DNA of 62,950 nt, the filler included, from Reclinomonas americana ATCC 50394 (Eukaryota), in NCBI GenBank assembly GCA_048213135.1. It is 5 parts of 2 records of this genome, joined end to end, with 100 filler letters (N's around TTAATTAATTAA, not from the genome) between each part and the next. Parts side by side here need not be neighbours in the genome. Positions count along the whole stretch, not along the records: positions 59,183 to 62,950 come from PS015273.1; 4 more parts are not named here. The stretch is one strand, 5' to 3'. How positions within the stretch are numbered: the stretch's first letter is position 1; each line of letters starts with the position of its first letter. Shown here in pieces: positions 59,300 through 62,950 of this stretch. The notes below the pieces were generated by a model that was given only the letters and a program-made list of their open reading frames with translations, did no database searches and had not been told where the DNA came from. The position numbers were made by a program, and so were the translations under genes.

Positions 59300-59950
59300 G
59301 TGAGAGGGAGAGATACCGAGACCAGACCTCTGTGTTGTATGCGAGAAAGAGAGAGAAAGAGGGACAGAAGGAGAGGGAAAGAGGGAAAGAGAGGGATGTG
59401 AGATGACAGGAGATTGACAGTGGGGGAGAGACGTACTGAGACCTGACCTCTCTCTGTTTTTCTCTCTCTCACTTTCTGCGTGTTGCGTTTGTGTGTGAGA
59501 GAGATGGGGACAGAAGAAGAGAGTAAGAGAGAGAGAGAGAGAGAGAAAGAGAGGACGAGGGTGAGAGAGATTAACGAAGATAGAAAGAAAGAGAAAAGGA
59601 TAGAGAGAAAGAGAGACAGAAGAAGAGAGAAAAGAGGGGGAAACGGAGGGGAGATGACAGGAGATTGATAGTGGAGGAGAGAGGTACAGAGACCAGACCT
59701 CTCTCTCTCTACTCTCTCTCTCTCTCTCTCTGTGTGTGAGAGAGAAGGGGTCAGAAGAAGGGGAACAGAAGAAGAGAGTAAGAGACAGAGAAAGACAGAG
59801 AGGACGAGGGCGAAGAAAGAGAAAAGGAGAGAGAAGGGAACAGTAGACGAGAGAAGAGAGGGAGGGGAGATGAAAGGAGATTGGCAGTGGAGCAGAGAGG
59901 TACAGAGACCAGACCTCACTCTTTCTTCGCTCTCTCTCTCTCTCTCTGTA
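59300..59950. repeat. Intronic GA-rich degenerate repeat, ~240 bp unit, about 3 copies
   Basis: gagatgamaggagattg..agtgg...gagaccwgacctc recurs at ~59400, 59650 and 59870. Confidence 0.7.
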
Positions 59951-60195
59951 TGAGAAAGAGTGAAGGGGTCAGAAGATGGGGAAAAGAAAAAGAGGAAAAC
60001 GGGGAGGGGTAGGGAGAGCAAGAGTCGGTTGCAGACCACACGTCGAGAATCTCGAATGAGACGCTGCAGAACACGCAACATAAATGTGTGCGCATCTCTT
60101 AGCATAGGAATAGCGTTTTGCGTCTTCCTTCGCCATGGACGATAGAGACCTGTTCACTCCCCTTCTCACTTCCGCCCTCCCTCTCTTCATTACAG

Positions 60196-62500
60196 CCGTC
60201 CCCGACCACAAGCGACGACTGCTCGTCGCCCGTGCCGTGCTGCGGGAGATCATGAACACGGAGCGGCAATGCCTCCGCACCCTGTTTGCGTACTTGTCAA
60301 CCGTCGGCGCCGTGCACCAGGCCTCGGGACTAACGACCACCGACATTGCAGCTGTTTCGTCAATCTTCGATATATTTCACACCTCGCTCCTTCCCTTTCT
60401 CCACTTCTGTGTGCTCACTTTCCCCTGCATTCATGCGCTGTGTGCTCCTCCCCTCATCCCTCTCCTTCCCCCTCCACCAGGTGATCGGCCCCGCCGTGCT
60501 GCCCCACGCGCCGGCCAGCGACAGCGCCTTCTTTTGCGAGATGTGCATCGACGGCTTTGCCAATATCTTCAACGACGGTCAGCTGCACCGCGCCCTCTTC
60601 TCCTTTGCCGGCAGCACCGGTGACGAGCTCACGGTGCAGGCGGGCCAGCTCGTGAATGGTGCGGTGTTTGTCTGCCTGCGAGTGTCAGTGAGGGTATGTC
60701 TCACTGCCCTTCCTTTACACAGTGATCCAGGCGGAGGGCAACGGGTGGGCCTTTGGTCAGATCTACGACCCACAGATTCCCAACTCGGTGCAGGTCGAAT
60801 CCGTCGGCTACCTCCCGCAGTCGTATCTCGAACCGGTGTCTGGCGGTGACGCCACTGGTACTGCAATTTTTGCCTACTCACTGTCCGTTCTCGTCGCTTG
60901 CTCATCGTGCATGTGTACCTGCAGCCATCCTCACCGCCGAGACTCTCCGACAGCACAACGAGCACGTCGGAAGTGCGCCGGAATCCGCTCAGGGGGGTGC
61001 GTCAGCGGCAAGAGAACATTCTCTCTTTTTTGCGTTTTTCCTCATCCATCCCCGCAGGCTCCTTTTCGCTCGGCATGGCGCTCCCACCCCGAGTCGCTGC
61101 CGCCCCGACAGTACTCGACACACTCAGCACCATCCAGCTGCAACAGCAAGCGGCGGAGCGTGCCGGCGATCGCAACTCACTGACTCGCCTCAAGAGCGAG
61201 AAGGACATGGTGCTGCGGTCTCACATGAGCGCAGCGATTGTGCGGCCGGGCTCGCCACCGCCACTGTCAACCACTTTGGGGGCGTTTGCCGATGCTCGTG
61301 ATGGGCTGATGACGGATGGTGGGTGGATGGAGAAGGGAAGAGCGAGAGGGAGAGGAGGGGATGAGAGAGAGGGAGACGGGGGGAGAAAGGGAACTCACGC
61401 CACTTGTGCGATCTCTTGGCCTTCTGCCGTCTGTAAATTTTTACTCTTTTCTCCTCGCACTGTACTCCATTCGACTATCTGCGCATTCTATCTCTCTCCG
61501 TGCTGTGTTCGTCTTGCTGTGCTCTACTCCTTTTACTGTGCTTCGTTGATCTCGCTAGGTTGCGTTCCTCTCGCTGTGCTCCGTTCCGCTTGCTATGCTC
61601 CGTTCCTCTTGATGTGCTCTACTCCTCGCACTGTGCTGCATTCGACTCTCCGTGTTCGTTCCTCTCGTTGTGCCCCGTTCCTGTCACTTTCCTCTGTTCA
61701 TCTCTCTGTGCTCCGATCCTCGTCTGTATTCCATGTCTCTCGCTGCGCCTCCCCCTTTCGCTGTGCTCTGTTCACCTCGCTGTTCGCGCTTCCGATACCC
61801 ATTTCTCTCATGCTATGTTTGTCTCTCCCCTCGCGCCCTTCCCCCCTTTCCCTTATACCCCTCAATTCCTCTTCCCCAATCCTCCCCCCTTTTTCCTCTT
61901 CTCGCAGGCCTCATCACCTCACCCACCTCCACCATTGTCGGCGGCATGAGCGGTCCATTCAGTCCACTCGCCGATCACCCGTCACAGTCGTACCAGCAGC
62001 AGTCGCTTCCGCCACCCTCACAGCTGTACATGCAAGCAACTGCGCTGCCGTCGTCGCTTCCCCACCCACAGCCTGTGCCGGCCTCCGCCGCCTCCTCTGT
62101 CCACGGCGAGCTGCCACCGCTGGCCCCACAGCAGGCCGAGCACGCAGCGCCAGTGTCGCACATCGATGCCGGCGCGATTGAGCCGTCGGCTGTGGGTCTC
62201 GCGCCGTGGACACCACAGTCCGTTGCTCTCCACCCAATCGTGTCAGCGTCTCCCATTCCATCGCCGCACATTCATCGTCCTGCGTTGGTCGGTTATCAAG
62301 GTGAGAGACAGCACTTTCCATCTCTCCTGTCCCCTCTCTTTCCCACTCCTGCGCTCACACGCTCGTATCGTCTCGCAGCTGGTCCGTCTGCGGCCGGACG
62401 ACCCACGCTGCAGCCGCTGCGATTGGACTCGATGGACGGTGGTGCCGGTGTGAATGTTGCACCTTCTGGCACGGTGCCGTTCGGTTCGTTTGCGCCGATG
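60196..62500 (+). CDS. RhoGAP (C-terminal part) + SH3 domain protein with Pro-rich tail; partial
   Basis: ERQCLRTLFAYLSTV..ASGLTTTDIAA|VIGPAVL fits the end of a RhoGAP domain. HRALFSFAGSTGDELTVQAGQLVN|VIQAEGNGWAFG...GYLPQSYLEPV fits an SH3 domain. P/S-rich exons follow. Confidence 0.8.
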
Positions 62501-62870
62501 CGTGAAGTGCATTCTAATCCGTTGCCTGATATTGTCACTTGTTTGTTCAGCGTCCACAACCCTCACCAATCCCGGAGCACAAGCTTCTGGTTGCGTACTC
62601 TTGAATAGCACTTCAGTATTCTCCTCTCTCTCTCACGCACGCAACTTACACACTGTCTCGGTGTGTGAGCGTGTTTCTCTTTTCTCTCTCTCTCCTTCTC
62701 CCCCCTTCTCACTCCCCTTCTTCTTTCTGTCTTCTTCTTCTTCTCTCACACGCCCCCCGTCCCTCTCACTCTCTCTCCCTCTCATTCTGCCTCTCCCTCT
62801 CCCTCGCCCTCACTCTTCAACTTCTCTCTCCTCTCCTCCCTTCTCCTCCCCTCTCCTCCCTTCTCCTCTC

Positions 62871-62950
62871 CTCCCCTCTCCTCCCCTCTCCTCCCCTCTC
62901 CTCCCCTCTCCTCCCCTCTCCTCCCCTCTCCTCCCCTCTCCTCCCCTCTC
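62871..62950. repeat. (CTCCCCTCTC)n perfect decamer array
   Basis: Eight perfect copies to the end of the window. Confidence 0.95.

Noticed and set aside
1-62950. tRNA, rRNA or transposase/reverse-transcriptase genes
   Set aside because: No recognisable motifs by eye; tRNAscan-SE, Infernal and RepeatModeler would be needed to exclude them formally

Overview
Draft-assembly window from an intron-rich, probably flagellated unicellular eukaryote (species not identifiable from sequence). Introns are mostly short GT-AG with a CTCAC/CTGAC/CTAAC branch point; a few are inflated by GA/CT simple repeats. Four N-flanked TTAATTAATTAA linkers show the window is made of joined contigs. Gene content in order: a myotubularin-family phosphoinositide phosphatase (+); a large Pmp-like beta-helix/Cys-rich/multi-TM surface protein (-); a coiled-coil protein with SHIPPO/ODF3-like PGP repeats (-); a giant type-I membrane protein (+, ~24 kb) with at least 51 bacterial-type cadherin-like repeats, nearly all encoded as one symmetric phase-1 exon each; a degenerate Crinkler-like NTPase/nuclease locus (-) with a gap-flanked GH55 beta-1,3-glucanase fragment (+) inside it; an NLR-like NACHT-associated/pentapeptide/WD40 gene (-); a partial membrane-protein gene; and a partial RhoGAP-SH3 gene (+). 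The most notable system is the cadherin-like exon-cassette array, whose duplicated introns record block duplication and reshuffling. Exon boundaries and family calls were made by eye, without database searches.
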